Positions 62,872-64,000 of a stretch of DNA of 64,000 nt are shown here, in pieces. A program made the position numbers and the translations under genes. The first letter of the stretch is position 1; every line of letters begins with the position of its first letter. This DNA is from Ranitomeya imitator (lineage: Eukaryota), in the NCBI RefSeq assembly GCF_032444005.1, contig NC_091282.1, positions 35,898,001 through 35,962,000 of the forward strand, in the 5' to 3' direction. The notes beneath the pieces are model-generated. The model worked only from the letters and a program-made list of their open reading frames with translations. It did no database searches and was not told the origin of the DNA.

Positions 62872-64000
62872 TATATACTATTCATTCATTTAGATCCTGT
62901 AATGTATAAGGCAGCACTCCCCCCATAGTCAGATCCTGTAGTATAAGGCAGCACCCCCCCATAGGCAGATCCTGTAATGTATAAGGCAGCACTCCCCCAT
63001 AGGCAGATCCTGTAATGTATAAGGCAGCACTCCCCCCATAGGCAGATCCTGTAATGTATAAGGCAGCACTCCCCCAGGTAGATCCTGTACTGTATAAGGC
63101 AGCACCCCCCCATAGGCAGATCCAGTAGTATAAGGCAGCAGTCCCCCCCAGGCAGATCCTGTAATATATAAGGCAGCACTCCCCCCAGTCAGATCCTGTA
63201 CTGTATAAGGCAGCACCCACCAGGCAGATCCTGTACTATATAAGGCAGCACTCCCCCCCAAGGCAGATCCTGTACTATATAAGGCAGCACCCCCCCCCAG
63301 GCAGATCCTGTACTGTATAAGGCAGCACTCCCCCCCAAGGCAGATCCTGTACTGTATAAGGCAGCACCCCCCATAGGCAGATCCTGTACTGTATAAGGCA
63401 GCACCCCCCCATAGGCAGATCCTATACTGTATAAGGCAGCACCCCCCCATAGGCAGATCCTGTAATGTATAAGGCAGCACCCACCAGGCAGATCCTGTAC
63501 TATATAAGGCAGCACCCACCAGGCAGATCCTGTACTATATAAGGCAGCACCCTCCCCAAGGCAGATCCTGTACTATATAAGGCAGCACTCCCCCCCCCCC
63601 CCCCAAGGCAGATCCTGTACTATATAAGGCAGCATCCCCCTTCCAGGTAGATCCTGTACTGTATAAGGCAGCACTCCCCCCCCAGGCAGATCCTGTACTG
63701 TATAAGGCAGCACTCCCCCCCGGCAGATCCTGTACTGTATAAGGCAGCACTCCCCCCCCCCCCCCCAATGCAGATCCTGTACTGTATAAGGCAGACCCCA
63801 TAAAAAAAAAAACAATAAATAAATACCTCTTTTCCTCCTTGTTCCAGCGCTGCTCCCTGCTCCCGCTGATCTCCTGACAGCGGGCGCCGGGCTGTGAAAT
63901 CACCGTGCCAGCTGTCAGTGTCGGCATCTGCGACATCAGACGCTTACAGGGAATGATGGGAGAAGGACCGCAGAGCAGCGCTCTTTCCCTCATCAATGCG

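Larger units (their letters stand above)
53330..63800. repeat. 33-38 bp minisatellite array in three pieces (53330-54064, 59671-59930, 62890-63800)
   Basis: CCCCCAGGCAGATCCTGTA.TGTATAAGGCAGCAC units resume after each insertion. Confidence 0.93.
51651..64000. mobile_element. Non-autonomous Harbinger-like composite element, copy 2 (runs off right edge), with nested insertions
   Basis: Starts GGCGTAGCTAGGG; same 52-bp array, spacer, minisatellite and GC-rich tail as copy 1. Confidence 0.7.

Overview
Eukaryotic (vertebrate, most likely anuran/frog - inferred from repeat families, not proven) repeat-dense DNA with no recognisable host gene. Both ends of the window lie in copies of one long non-autonomous PIF/Harbinger-like element that carries a 52-bp satellite array (about 172 units at 1-8950 versus about 17 at 52072-52938) and a 33-38 bp minisatellite. 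The minisatellite hosts further insertions: a DD41D mariner, a full-length chromodomain Gypsy, a Penelope-like fold-back and an intact Tc1. The centre holds a structurally complete Ngaro-type tyrosine-recombinase retrotransposon (27130-34383; split direct repeats A1..B1-A2-B2; gag/CCCH, RT-RNaseH, YR, SGNH hydrolase). It sits in a solo LTR, and its pol and YR frames are each broken by one MITE whose removal restores the frame exactly. Also present: four Tc1 elements (two with intact, inverted, about 96% identical 340-aa DD34E ORFs), several solo LTRs with TSDs, hAT/Harbinger/T2/Tc2 MITEs and an L2 3' end. Best leads: Tf1-type self-priming geometry in the Gypsy (with a covariation test in the solo LTR), 6-bp TSDs at two insertions of that family, the MITE-gated Ngaro with a splice acceptor in front of its hydrolase, and TE-borne satellite expansion. 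All alignments and counts were done by eye.
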